64,000 nucleotides of DNA from Clostridia bacterium. Lineage in GTDB: Bacteria; Bacillota; Clostridia; TANB77; CAG-508. Shown in pieces: positions 18,895 through 28,832 of this stretch. The position numbers and the translations under genes are program-made. Numbering within the stretch: position 1 is the first letter of the stretch; each line of letters begins with the position of its first letter. The DNA is taken from positions 1 through 64,000 of the forward strand of contig JAZUKI010000004.1 in assembly GCA_045643205.1 (NCBI GenBank). The letters run 5' to 3'. Under the pieces are notes generated by a model. The model searched no databases and had not been told where the DNA came from. It was given only the letters and a program-made list of their open reading frames with translations.

Positions 18895-19911
18895 ATGAAG
18901 GATTCAAAAATTTCTTTTAAGTTAATTGATTTTATAATTCTTAATATAGCAATAGTTGCAATAATTGCAGTTATTGTTTTTTGTAATGTAAATAAATTAC
19001 ATAATAATTCAAATCCTAGCAGTATTTCAAAAGAAATTATTCAAGAAGACTTAAAAAAATCAATAGAAAATAGATATTACTATAATCAATTAGATGCTAA
19101 TGGTCAAAAAATGTACAATACATTTTTAAGTAACACTGAAAAATTTAGAGCAGGAAACGAATACATATCAATTGATATAAATGAAGAAAGTGCAGGGGAT
19201 AGTTTTCAAGCAGCATGGGATGCATTTTCTGTAGATAGACCAGAGTATTTTTACATAGATACTAATAAACTTTCACTATTAACTAATGTTAAAACTAACA
19301 TTTTTAATAATAAAGAATATGAATATAAGCTTCAACCTAAGAACGGAGAAACATATTTTGAAAAAGAATTTCCAACAAAAGAGGATGTTGATTTTGCAAA
19401 TTCACAATTAGAAACAATTACTAAATCAATAATAGATCAAGCAAATAGCAAATCAACTAGATATGAGAAAGTAAAGTTTATACATGACTATCTAGTAGAT
19501 AACATTTCTTATTCAAAAGATGAAAATGAAGCTAGTGCTGATACAATATATGGAGCATTGATTAATAAAGTTTGTGTTTGCGAAGGATATGCAAAATCAT
19601 TCAAATATTTATTAGATAAATTAGAAATACCATGTATTATTGTTTTTGGAAACGGAACCAACTCAGAGGGAAAACAAGAATATCATTCTTGGAACTATGT
19701 GAAAATGGAAGATGATAAATGGTATGCTGTTGATGTTACATGGGATGATCCTATTGTAGTTGGCGGAGGAAAAGTAACAACAGCAATTAAGTATAAATAT
19801 TTTTTAGTTGGAACAGAAATTAATTCTAATCATACTTTAGAATCAGATATCTCAGGAACAGGTCAAAATTTTAAATATCCTGAGTTAAGTTTTAGTAACT
19901 ATAGTAAATAA
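18895..19911 (+). CDS. membrane-anchored transglutaminase-like domain protein
   Basis: N-terminal TM; IHDYLV; catalytic triad VCEGYA / HSWN / DVTWDD. Confidence 0.88.
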   Translation: MKDSKISFKLIDFIILNIAIVAIIAVIVFCNVNKLHNNSNPSSISKEIIQEDLKKSIENRYYYNQLDANGQKMYNTFLSNTEKFRAGNEYISIDINEESAGDSFQAAWDAFSVDRPEYFYIDTNKLSLLTNVKTNIFNNKEYEYKLQPKNGETYFEKEFPTKEDVDFANSQLETITKSIIDQANSKSTRYEKVKFIHDYLVDNISYSKDENEASADTIYGALINKVCVCEGYAKSFKYLLDKLEIPCIIVFGNGTNSEGKQEYHSWNYVKMEDDKWYAVDVTWDDPIVVGGGKVTTAIKYKYFLVGTEINSNHTLESDISGTGQNFKYPELSFSNYSK

Positions 19912-19957
19912 AAACAATATTCTTAAAAAATAAAAAGTATTAAGTATAGAGAATAAT

Positions 19958-19995
19958 AAAAAAATAGGAGCAATCTAAATTGCTCCTATTTTTAT
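19958..19995. terminator. bidirectional intrinsic terminator
   Basis: aaaaataggagcaat-ctaa-attgctcctattttt between convergent genes. Confidence 0.85.
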
Positions 19996-20000
19996 GTTGT

Positions 20001-20210
20001 TTATTTGTTATCGCTGTTATTGTTATTATTGCTATTATTATAGTTGTTATAGCCATGGTTGTTATGGTTATAATTGTTATATCCATGATTATTATGATTA
20101 TAATAATTATTTTTATAATTGTTATGGCCATGGTAGTTATTATAATTATTGTGATAATGATAATTACTATTCTTAGTATTATTGTTATTATTGTTATTAT
20201 TATTATTTTC
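20001..20210 (-). repeat. low-complexity AAT/TAT/CAT codon repeat encoding an N/H/Y-rich tail
   Basis: Poly-Asn run and NHNNHGYNNY repeated twice, in frame with murC. Confidence 0.9.
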
Positions 20211-21842
20211 AACTGATTCTTCTGATTGAGATTCAGTTACATTGTTTGATGGAGTAGAGCTAAATTGTTCTAATGAATCAAAGTTCTCTATTTTTGTTTC
20301 TTCAATTGATGAACATGTTTCACAGTCATTTTCTTGAGTACAAGCACATTTATTTGTACATCCATTTGCACATTCGTTTTCACAATGATCTTCACATTCA
20401 TTTTCGCAGTGATCTTCACAATGACATTCAAAAGTAGAAGAGCATTCAGCAGAGTCTTGTTCACTTTTAACAAGTTCATGTCCAACTTTAGTGATTGAAC
20501 CAGCACCTTGTGTAATGATGATATCATCTGGTTTTGCATTTCTTCTAACAAAATCAACAATGTTTTCTAAATCTTTAATATAGTATGCTTTTCTACCAAG
20601 AGCTTCGATTTTATCAATAATATCTTTTGAAGATACTTCGTTATTATCAATTTCTCTAGCAGCATATATATCAGTAACAATAATGTTATCAAAGTTTGTT
20701 AAAACATTAGCAAAGTCATCTAGCAATGCTTTTGTTCTACTAAATGTATGTGGTTGGAAAAGAATCCATGAATGATTATATTTTCTCTTTTTAACTGCAT
20801 TTGCAACAGCTAAAATTTCTGTAGGATGATGTCCATAATCATCAAAAACATTTGCACCATTAACTTTTCCTAAATATTGAAAACGTCTTTCAGCACCACC
20901 ATATGTTTTTAATGTATTTTTTACTGAGTTTTTATCAACTTCAAATTGACTACAAACAGCGATACAAGCTAATGCATCATAAATATTATGTTCTCCAGGA
21001 ACACCTAGTTTGAATGTTTTATAAAAAGTATTGTTATGATAAACATCAAATGAAGCACATCCGTTTACATCATAAGAAATATTTTTTGCTACAAAGTTTG
21101 CATTATTTGATTTTATACTAAATGAAATACTCTTTGCTTTAGTATGAGAAGATAGTCCATGACAATTCTCATCATCAGCATTGTAAACCAATATTCCATC
21201 ATCAGGTAATAATTTAACGTATTCTACGAAAGCTGCTTTAATATTGTCCATTGTTTTATAGTAATCTAAGTGATCATTATCAATATTTAAGATAACTTCA
21301 ACTTTAGGGAAGAAATCTAGGAAACTTGCAGAATATTCGCAAGCTTCAATGATAAAATATTCACTTTCACCAACTCTATAATTTCCACCAATTGAATCTA
21401 AAACAGCGCCAATTTGAATTGTTGGATCTTTTTTGGCATCTAAGAAACATTGAGCAATCATTGAAGTAGTAGTCGATTTTCCATGAGTTCCAGAAACACA
21501 AATAGAATTTCTGAAAACTCTAGTAAGTTCACCCATGATTTCTTTTCTTTCAATTGTAGGAATACCTAATTCTTTAGCTCTAACTAATTCAGGATCTTCT
21601 GGTTTTATAGCTGCAGAATAAATAACTAAATCAGATCTATCAACATTCATAGGATTATGACCTATATAAACTGGGATATCATTTTCAATTAATTGATTTG
21701 TAATGTCAGATTCGGTTGAATCAGAGCCAGTTACATTAAAATCCCACTTTTTTAAAATTTCGGCAATACCACTCATAGATGAACCACCGATACCTATCAT
21801 ATGTATATTTTTATATTGTTTTAGTTCTTGTAAATTTGGCAT
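20001..21842 (-). CDS. murC: UDP-N-acetylmuramate--L-alanine ligase with ~150-aa Cys-rich and Asn-rich C-terminal extension
   Basis: IHMIGIGGSSMSG, GTHGKSTTT, IEACEY, NIDNDHLD, RRF, DDYGHHPTE, FQPHTFSRT, GAGSI; ATG 21842 after AAAGGAG. Confidence 0.96.
   Translation of the reverse strand: MPNLQELKQYKNIHMIGIGGSSMSGIAEILKKWDFNVTGSDSTESDITNQLIENDIPVYIGHNPMNVDRSDLVIYSAAIKPEDPELVRAKELGIPTIERKEIMGELTRVFRNSICVSGTHGKSTTTSMIAQCFLDAKKDPTIQIGAVLDSIGGNYRVGESEYFIIEACEYSASFLDFFPKVEVILNIDNDHLDYYKTMDNIKAAFVEYVKLLPDDGILVYNADDENCHGLSSHTKAKSISFSIKSNNANFVAKNISYDVNGCASFDVYHNNTFYKTFKLGVPGEHNIYDALACIAVCSQFEVDKNSVKNTLKTYGGAERRFQYLGKVNGANVFDDYGHHPTEILAVANAVKKRKYNHSWILFQPHTFSRTKALLDDFANVLTNFDNIIVTDIYAAREIDNNEVSSKDIIDKIEALGRKAYYIKDLENIVDFVRRNAKPDDIIITQGAGSITKVGHELVKSEQDSAECSSTFECHCEDHCENECEDHCENECANGCTNKCACTQENDCETCSSIEETKIENFDSLEQFSSTPSNNVTESQSEESVENNNNNNNNNNTKNSNYHYHNNYNNYHGHNNYKNNYYNHNNHGYNNYNHNNHGYNNYNNSNNNNNSDNK
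20371..20425 (-). repeat. 24-bp tandem repeat encoding CEDHCENE twice
   Basis: Duplicated unit with synonymous differences inside the murC extension. Confidence 0.85.
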
Positions 21843-22180
21843 AAAACAAAAATCTCCTTTACATATAGTCAAGTTACAAACTCTATTATACTACAAAACG
21901 GGCAAAAAAACAACAAATTAAGTAAAATAGAGAGGTAGAGTAAAGACAAAAATTTTGTCTTAAAAGGAACAAAAAGACACAGAAAAAAACATAAAAAAGC
22001 GAGTAGAAATTTTGAGCAAAATATTAATCAAAAAAATATGAAAAAACATGTAAAAAAATGCAAATAATTGTAAAAAACTATTGAAAATTTTATTTATTTA
22101 TTATAAAAATTATACAGGTAAAGTTTTATCGCGTATATAGTACGTAAGTACAATTAAAACTTTGGAAGGAGACTTTTTAA

Positions 22181-22477
22181 ATGGAAATCACAGACGTAAG
22201 ATTAAGAAAATTAAGCACAGACAACAAGCTTAAAGCTGTTGCATCTGTAACATTCGACAACGAATTCGTTGTACACGAAATCAAAGTTATCGAAAATCCT
22301 GAAGGAGTATTATTTATTGCTATGCCTAGCAGAAAAATTGGAACAACTGGAGAACACAGAGATGTAGCTCATCCAATTAACCCAGCTGCTAGAGAAAAGA
22401 TCCAAAATGCAATCTTAGAAGTATACAATAATACACCAGAGCCAGAAGCTAAAGCTGAAGAAACACCAGCTGAATAA
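22181..22477 (+). CDS. spoVG: septation regulator SpoVG
   Basis: [45 protein letters not shown]. Confidence 0.96.
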   Translation: MEITDVRLRKLSTDNKLKAVASVTFDNEFVVHEIKVIENPEGVLFIAMPSRKIGTTGEHRDVAHPINPAAREKIQNAILEVYNNTPEPEAKAEETPAE

Positions 22478-22520
22478 GCTTTAACAAAAAATTGTATATT
22501 ATTTTAATATATGATAATTA

Positions 22521-22580
22521 AAGGATGCCTAATTATGTTGTTCAATAAAAGGACAGCATAGTTAGGCATCTTTTGTTTTT
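22521..22580 (+). terminator. long hairpin terminator after spoVG
   Basis: ggatgcctaattatgttgtt...gacagcatagttaggcatct followed by a T-rich tail. Confidence 0.75.
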
Positions 22581-22721
22581 AGGAAAAATAAAAAAATCAT
22601 TATTAATATTAAAAAATAAGAAAGCATTTTTATATTAGAAAACTAGAAAATCGTTTCTTTACATTAAAATATAATAATGGTAAAATAATTTAGTCAATTT
22701 AGTTTTGCGGAGGAAAAGAAA

Positions 22722-23618
22722 GTGAATTATTTATTTGCAGTAATATTTGGAATCATTGAAGGTATTACAGAGTGGTTACCAATTAGTAGTACAGGACATT
22801 TAATAATTGCCCAAGATTTTATAAAATTTACAGATGTGTCACCAGATTTTTGGTCACTATTTGAAGTTGTTATCCAATTAGGTGCAATTTTAGCAGTTGT
22901 TATATTGTTCTTTAAAAAATTGTGGCCTTTAAAATATAAAACAAATGAGTCAGAAAAATTAGAAGATAGCGAAGGAAAGCGTTTTGCAAAAAGACATCTT
23001 GGATTTGATATGAACATATTAAAATTGTGGGGCAAAATAATTGTTGCTTGCATACCTGCAATTGTAATTGCCTTATTAAAACTTGATGAAAAAGCAGAAG
23101 AATTATTCTATAACACAACTTGTGTATCAATTGCATTAATTGTTATTGGTATTGCATTTATTATTGTAGAAATCTTAAATAAAAAGAGAAAAAGAGAGCC
23201 AAGAGTTAAATCAATTGATGAATTAAGATGGTCAGATGCAATTATTATTGGATTATTTCAATTAATAGCTGCAATTTTTCCGGGAACATCACGTTCAGGT
23301 GCAACTATTATTGGTGCTTTGATAATTGGAGTTTCAAGATCTGTTTCAGCAGAATTTACATTCTTCTTAGCAATTCCAGCAATGTTCGGAGCATCATTAT
23401 TGAAAGTTTTAAAATATGAAGCTGCACTATCTAGCAACGAATTAATTCTTTTAGTAATAGCTTCAGTAGTAGCTTTCTTAATATCAATTTTTGTAATTAA
23501 ATTCTTAATGAATTATATAAAGAAACATGATTTCAAAGTATTTGGATTTTATAGAATTGCAATTGGTATTTTAATTTTAGCTTTAGGATTAACTAATGTA
23601 ATTTCAATTGCATTATAA
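22722..23618 (+). CDS. uppP: undecaprenyl-diphosphate phosphatase
   Basis: GIIEGITEWLPISSTGH, IQLGAILAV, PGTSRSGATI, AEFTFFLAIP, FGFYRI. Confidence 0.96.
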   Translation: MNYLFAVIFGIIEGITEWLPISSTGHLIIAQDFIKFTDVSPDFWSLFEVVIQLGAILAVVILFFKKLWPLKYKTNESEKLEDSEGKRFAKRHLGFDMNILKLWGKIIVACIPAIVIALLKLDEKAEELFYNTTCVSIALIVIGIAFIIVEILNKKRKREPRVKSIDELRWSDAIIIGLFQLIAAIFPGTSRSGATIIGALIIGVSRSVSAEFTFFLAIPAMFGASLLKVLKYEAALSSNELILLVIASVVAFLISIFVIKFLMNYIKKHDFKVFGFYRIAIGILILALGLTNVISIAL

Positions 23619-23640
23619 GAAATGATTTTAAAACAAAATA

Positions 23641-23690
23641 AAAAGAGGTGATTGAGTGGATAACAAGTATTCACAAAAATCATCTCTTTT
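23641..23690. terminator. bidirectional terminator between uppP and deoD
   Basis: aaaagaggtgatt ... aatcatctctttt stem between convergent genes. Confidence 0.65.
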
Positions 23691-23711
23691 AATTTATTTA
23701 ATTTTAAATTT

Positions 23712-24440
23712 CTAATTTTGAATTCTTGCAGCTGTATCTAAAGCAACTTTAATCATATTATTTAATGAAATTTCTCTTTCTCTAAAAGTAGCTTCTTCAA
23801 TATCGCCATATAGGCAATCAACAACTGTTAACAAACAACTAGCTTTTTTATGAAAATAGTTTGCAATGTAAAACAATGCAAAAGCTTCCATTTCAGAACA
23901 ACTTATTTTAAATGTAGTAGGGAAACGACGCATTACTGTTTTCATATCTTGCATATAATGATCAAAAACTTCTGAACAACAAGAATTTGCATGAATAACA
24001 TTTATATTATCTTCTTGAGCAATTTGAGAGATTAATGAATTCAAATATGCAGATGATTCAACAATATGGCAATCTACATTATTAAAAGTTCTTGAAAAAT
24101 TTCCTTCTGTAAAAGTTTTTTCAACAAGAACAGTGTCAAAAAGTTTTAAATCTTCAGTATATGCACCACATGAACCAATTCTAATAATGTTTTCTACTCC
24201 ATAAAATTTGTACAATTCATAAGCATAAATTCCAATACTAGGCATACCCATACCAGAAGCAAAAACAGTAACTTCTTTACCTTTATAGAGTCCAGTAAAT
24301 CCATACATACCTCTGACAGTATTAACAACTCTAGCATTTTGAAGATAATTTTCTGCTATATATTTTGCTCGAAGAGGATCACCAGGCATCAAAACTGTCT
24401 TAGCAATATCACCTAATTGTGCTTCATTATGTGGCGTCAT
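23712..24440 (-). CDS. deoD: purine nucleoside phosphorylase, DeoD type
   Basis: MTPHN, VLMPGDPLRAKYIA, SGMGMPSIGIY, IRIGSCG, EME. Confidence 0.93.
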   Translation of the reverse strand: MTPHNEAQLGDIAKTVLMPGDPLRAKYIAENYLQNARVVNTVRGMYGFTGLYKGKEVTVFASGMGMPSIGIYAYELYKFYGVENIIRIGSCGAYTEDLKLFDTVLVEKTFTEGNFSRTFNNVDCHIVESSAYLNSLISQIAQEDNINVIHANSCCSEVFDHYMQDMKTVMRRFPTTFKISCSEMEAFALFYIANYFHKKASCLLTVVDCLYGDIEEATFREREISLNNMIKVALDTAARIQN

Positions 24441-24568
24441 ATGTACCTCCTAATTTTCTTTAGTATCTACAATTTTATGATAGCATTATTGAATAAAAAT
24501 CACAATAAAAATAATTATAAAGAAGAGAAAAAAGTGTTTTTTTGAAGAACGATTACAAGATTTTTTAT

Positions 24569-24597
24569 TTGACTTTTAATAGTAAAAGAACTATATT
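24569..24597 (+). promoter_or_regulatory. sigma-A-type promoter for recD2
   Basis: TTGACT-17 nt-TATATT. Confidence 0.55.
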
Positions 24598-24652
24598 TAT
24601 GAATAGTTGTTACAGACCAAAACATAGATAAAATCTTAATTAGAGGGAGAAC

Positions 24653-26944
24653 ATGCAGTTAGTCGGCGAATTAGAAGATATAATTTATAGAAATGACACC
24701 AATAGCTACACAGTAGCTAGTTTTATTGTGCATGCTATGGATGAAAATATATCTAATAGTGAGCAAATAAGTTTTGAAGAACAAGGTATAAAATTTGCTA
24801 AAGAACTTGCTACTGTTTTTGAAACAACTATTGTTGGATTTTTACCATTTATTAATCCAGGAGATAATCTTAAATTAATAGGAAAATTTGTTACTCATCC
24901 TGATTATGGTGAACAATTTAAGATTGAGACATTTGAAAAAATAATGCCACAAACATTAGATGCGTTAGAAAGATATTTAGGAAATGGATTAATCAAAGGA
25001 GTAGGAAAAGCTACAGCTAAAAAAATAATCCAAGAATTTGGAGAAGATACTGTTGAAGTAATAAAAGCTTATCCTGAAAAATTGGTTAAAATTAAAGGAA
25101 TCACACCAGATAAAGCAATTGAAATTTCACAAAGTTTTAACGAAAGTTGGGATATGTGGCAAATAGTTGGATTCCTTGATAAATTTGGGATTGGAGCACA
25201 ATCTGCACAAAGTATTTATAAAACATTAGGACAAGATACAATAGAAAGAATTCAAAATGATCCATACATTTTAGAAGATTGTGGAGTTAAAGTTGATTTT
25301 GCTCAAATTGACAAAATGGCATTATCAATTGGAATAGAAAGAACATCACTTAGAAGAATTGGAAGTGGAATTATTCACGCACTTAATTTAGCAACATATA
25401 ATGGACATACTTGTGTTTTAGAAAGCAATTTAATAAATTTTACAACTCAACTTTTAGGAATTTCAGAAGAAGATGTAACTAATGGAATTATTGATTTAAA
25501 AGCCAAAGAAAAGATTGTTGAAGAAGAAAGAGAATCAATGGTTACTATTGATGGTAAAACTGAAATGAAAAATGCAAATTGGGTGTATCTTAAAAATTAC
25601 TTTGATGCCGAACTTAATATTGTTAGAAAAATCAAAGCTTTGCAAGAATCAGAAAATTTAAAAAAATTTGCTAATGTAGATAAAAGAATAAAAGAAGTTA
25701 GTGAAATAACTCCTTCTGAAAAACAAATAGAAGCAATAAAATTAGTTAATAATAACAATGTTGCAATTATTACCGGAGGACCTGGTACTGGAAAAACAAC
25801 AATTATAAAAACACTTATAGAATTATATGAATCAATCGGAAAGAAGACTGTTTTATGTGCGCCAACAGGAAGAGCTGCAAAACGTATGACAGAAGCAACA
25901 GGCAAAGAAGCAAAAACATTACATAGATTACTGGAAATCAATAAAATAGGTGAAGAAAAACCAAATCCTGATTTAAATGTTGCTCCAATAGATGCAGATG
26001 TAATCATTATTGATGAGATGTCAATGGTTGATTTATTCTTAATGAATTATTGCTTAAATGGAATTTATAAAGGTACAAAACTAGTAATGGTAGGAGATGT
26101 TGATCAATTAGCATCTGTAGGACCAGGCTGTGTTTTAAAAGATTTAATTGATTCTGGAAAAGTTCCTTTTATAGCATTAAATAAAATTTTTAGACAAGCT
26201 GCAAAAAGTAAAATTATTGTTAATGCCCACAAAGTAAATGAAGGAATTAACTTTATTGAAGAGAGAAGCGAAGGCGATGAAACTATTGATGATTTTGAGT
26301 TTAATAACCAAACTAATCTACAAGTCGCTCAAAGTATGATTTTAGCATTATATGATTTTGACACTCAAATTATCACACCAACTAAAAAAGGTGATTTAGG
26401 AACTCGTACACTAAACGAACTAATTCAAAAAAGATATAATCCAGAAGATGATAATAAGCGTGAGAAAAAATTCGGCAGTGTCATTTTTAGAGAAGGTGAC
26501 AAAGTAATGCAAACCAAGAATAATTATGACATTGAGTGGAAAAGAAAAAATTCAACATTTGGGTATGAAGTAGAGTATGGTTCTGGAATTTTTAATGGTG
26601 AAATGGGAATTATTGAAAGTATTGATAAAGACGGAACTATTGAAATTAGATTTGAAGATGGTAAAGTTGCAGAATATGTAACACAGGATTTAGAACAGAT
26701 TGAACATTGTTTTGCCATTACAATTCATAAATCACAAGGGAGTGAATTTGAAAAAGTTCTAATGCCAATTTTAGGAGCAGCTCCAATGCTACTTACAAGA
26801 AACGTTCTATACACGGGAATGACAAGAGCAAAAAATAGACTAACTATTATTGGAAGCAGTAATACAGTTGAATATATGATAAATAATGCAAATAGCAGAA
26901 TGAGAAATTCAGGTTTGAAATTTAAACTAGAAGAAACATTATAA
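24653..26944 (+). CDS. recD2: ATP-dependent RecD-like DNA helicase
   Basis: HP.YGEQF, IKGVG..TA, GGPGTGKTT, APTGRAAKR, DEMSMVD, GDVDQL.SVG, TIHKSQGSE, LYTGMTRA. Confidence 0.95.
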   Translation: MQLVGELEDIIYRNDTNSYTVASFIVHAMDENISNSEQISFEEQGIKFAKELATVFETTIVGFLPFINPGDNLKLIGKFVTHPDYGEQFKIETFEKIMPQTLDALERYLGNGLIKGVGKATAKKIIQEFGEDTVEVIKAYPEKLVKIKGITPDKAIEISQSFNESWDMWQIVGFLDKFGIGAQSAQSIYKTLGQDTIERIQNDPYILEDCGVKVDFAQIDKMALSIGIERTSLRRIGSGIIHALNLATYNGHTCVLESNLINFTTQLLGISEEDVTNGIIDLKAKEKIVEEERESMVTIDGKTEMKNANWVYLKNYFDAELNIVRKIKALQESENLKKFANVDKRIKEVSEITPSEKQIEAIKLVNNNNVAIITGGPGTGKTTIIKTLIELYESIGKKTVLCAPTGRAAKRMTEATGKEAKTLHRLLEINKIGEEKPNPDLNVAPIDADVIIIDEMSMVDLFLMNYCLNGIYKGTKLVMVGDVDQLASVGPGCVLKDLIDSGKVPFIALNKIFRQAAKSKIIVNAHKVNEGINFIEERSEGDETIDDFEFNNQTNLQVAQSMILALYDFDTQIITPTKKGDLGTRTLNELIQKRYNPEDDNKREKKFGSVIFREGDKVMQTKNNYDIEWKRKNSTFGYEVEYGSGIFNGEMGIIESIDKDGTIEIRFEDGKVAEYVTQDLEQIEHCFAITIHKSQGSEFEKVLMPILGAAPMLLTRNVLYTGMTRAKNRLTIIGSSNTVEYMINNANSRMRNSGLKFKLEETL

Positions 26945-27106
26945 TTAAAGGCAAAAAATATAAGTTAAAAGTTATCTTATAATTGAAAATTTAAGAAATA
27001 TAAAAAAGTAAAATTTAAAAATAAAACTAAGTTTTTTTATAAAAAGTGAGAGAAAGAGACTAAAATAGTTTACATAAAATTAATTTTTGAAAAAATATTA
27101 GATATT

Positions 27107-27784
27107 TTGTTTCCAAAATCTTGCGGAATATGTGGAAAGATGGGCGATACAATATGTTCTAATTGTGTTGCTAAAATGGAAAAATATAGAAATAACAATA
27201 CCACAGATAATCAAATAAAAGTGCTTGAAAGTACTATAAATATGCACTTTTTATACAAATATGAAGGATTGGTCAGAAAAATCTTGTTAAAATACAAATT
27301 TGATGACCAATCTTATTTGTTTTTTACGATAATTTTTCTCATATTAAATAGCCCTGAAACGTGTATTTTTATAAGACATTATGATATAATCATGCCAGTT
27401 CCTTTGCACAAAAAAAGACACTTAGAAAGAGGGTATAACCAAACTGAATTGGTGGCAAAAAATCTAGGTGAAAAATTAAAAATTGATGTAAATGGAAAAA
27501 TACTGAAAAAGAATAAGAATATAAAACCTCAGAGTCAAAAAAATGGCGAAGATCGATTAAAAGATGTAATCGGAATATATGAATTAGATTCTAGGTATAG
27601 TTCTGAAATTATTGGAAAGAGCGTGCTAATAGTAGATGATATCTATACTACAGGAAGTACATGTAGAGAATGTGCAAAAATGCTTCTTCAAGGAGGGGCA
27701 AAAGAGGTTGGAATATTTTGTATTGCAAAAGATTATTTAAGTATGAAAAATATAGATAAAAGGAGCCAAGATGCCAAAGGTTAG
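27107..27784 (+). CDS. ComF-family protein (zinc ribbon plus PRTase-like domain); start uncertain
   Basis: FP..C.IC......C..C, PVPLH..R..ERGYNQ, LIVDDIYTTGST. Confidence 0.9.
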   Translation: MFPKSCGICGKMGDTICSNCVAKMEKYRNNNTTDNQIKVLESTINMHFLYKYEGLVRKILLKYKFDDQSYLFFTIIFLILNSPETCIFIRHYDIIMPVPLHKKRHLERGYNQTELVAKNLGEKLKIDVNGKILKKNKNIKPQSQKNGEDRLKDVIGIYELDSRYSSEIIGKSVLIVDDIYTTGSTCRECAKMLLQGGAKEVGIFCIAKDYLSMKNIDKRSQDAKG

Positions 27785-28742
27785 CGTAATAGTACCTGTA
27801 TATAATGTTCAGGACTACGTAACTAAATGTTTAATAAGTTTAGGTGAACAAACTATTGATGACTTAGAAGTTATCATTGTTAATGATGGTGCAACAGATG
27901 ATTCTAAAGAGCGAATTATGAACTTTCTTGAAGATAAAGCACCAAAATTTAAAGGTAAAAAGTTTAAATATTTAGAAAAGCCAAATGGAGGACTGTCTGA
28001 TGCTAGAAATTTTGGAATGAAAGAAGCAACAGGTGATTACATAGCTTTTCTAGATTCAGATGACTATGTAGATAGTACTCTTTACGAAAAAATGTATAAC
28101 AAAGCAATAAAAACAAATGCTGATTATGTAGAATGTGATTTTTATTGGACTTATTCAAAGAAAAATGGAAAATTAAAACTAAAAAAAGATGTTGGTTATA
28201 GGGCAAAGACAAGAAGAGATTTATTCGTATATGGAAGAGTAGTTGCTTGGAATAAATTAATAAGAAGAAGTTTAATAAATATTATTTTCCCAGTAGGACT
28301 TAATTATGAAGATGTAGAGTTTTTCTACAAGTTATTACCTAGTATTGAAAAATTTGCTGTAGTTGAAGAACCTCTAATCTATTATGTTCAAAGAGAAGGT
28401 TCTATTGTAAATAAACAAGATTATAAAACAGCACAAATATTTACAGTTCTTAATAATGTAATTGAATGGTACAAAAAACACAATTTATATGATGAGTATT
28501 TTGAAGAAATTGAGTATACATATACAAGACTTATTTTCTGTAGTTCATTAAAAAGAATTGCAAAAATTAAAGATAACGTAGCAAGAGAAAAATTATTTTA
28601 TGAAACATGGTCAAATGTTAATACAAAGTTTCCTAACTGGAAGAAGAACAAATATCTAAAAAAGAAGAGCAGAAAGAACTTATATTTAAAATCAATAACA
28701 AAAGTCACATACAAGATTTACTGCAAACTTTTAAAGAAATAA
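27771..28742 (+). CDS. glycosyltransferase family 2
   Basis: VSVIVPVYN, VNDGATD, NGGLSDARNFG, FLDSDD, YEDV. Confidence 0.93.
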   Translation: MPKVSVIVPVYNVQDYVTKCLISLGEQTIDDLEVIIVNDGATDDSKERIMNFLEDKAPKFKGKKFKYLEKPNGGLSDARNFGMKEATGDYIAFLDSDDYVDSTLYEKMYNKAIKTNADYVECDFYWTYSKKNGKLKLKKDVGYRAKTRRDLFVYGRVVAWNKLIRRSLINIIFPVGLNYEDVEFFYKLLPSIEKFAVVEEPLIYYVQREGSIVNKQDYKTAQIFTVLNNVIEWYKKHNLYDEYFEEIEYTYTRLIFCSSLKRIAKIKDNVAREKLFYETWSNVNTKFPNWKKNKYLKKKSRKNLYLKSITKVTYKIYCKLLKK

Positions 28743-28832
28743 GTTTTATATAAATAGCAAGAAATAAAATTAAGCAAAGATAAATGAAATAGCAAATAAA
28801 GAACAAATAGTTCTAAGAAATAAAGGAAAAAG

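Noticed and set aside
19940-20216. Three overlapping Ile/Val- or Tyr/Cys-rich ORFs (19940-20212, 19980-20216, 19994-20176)
   Set aside because: They are alternative-frame readings of the trinucleotide-like repeat encoding the MurC Asn tail, lack an RBS, and two cross the terminator
24586-24600. GAAC-tata-TTTA as a LexA box at the recD2 promoter
   Set aside because: The second half-site is too degenerate to support in AT-rich DNA
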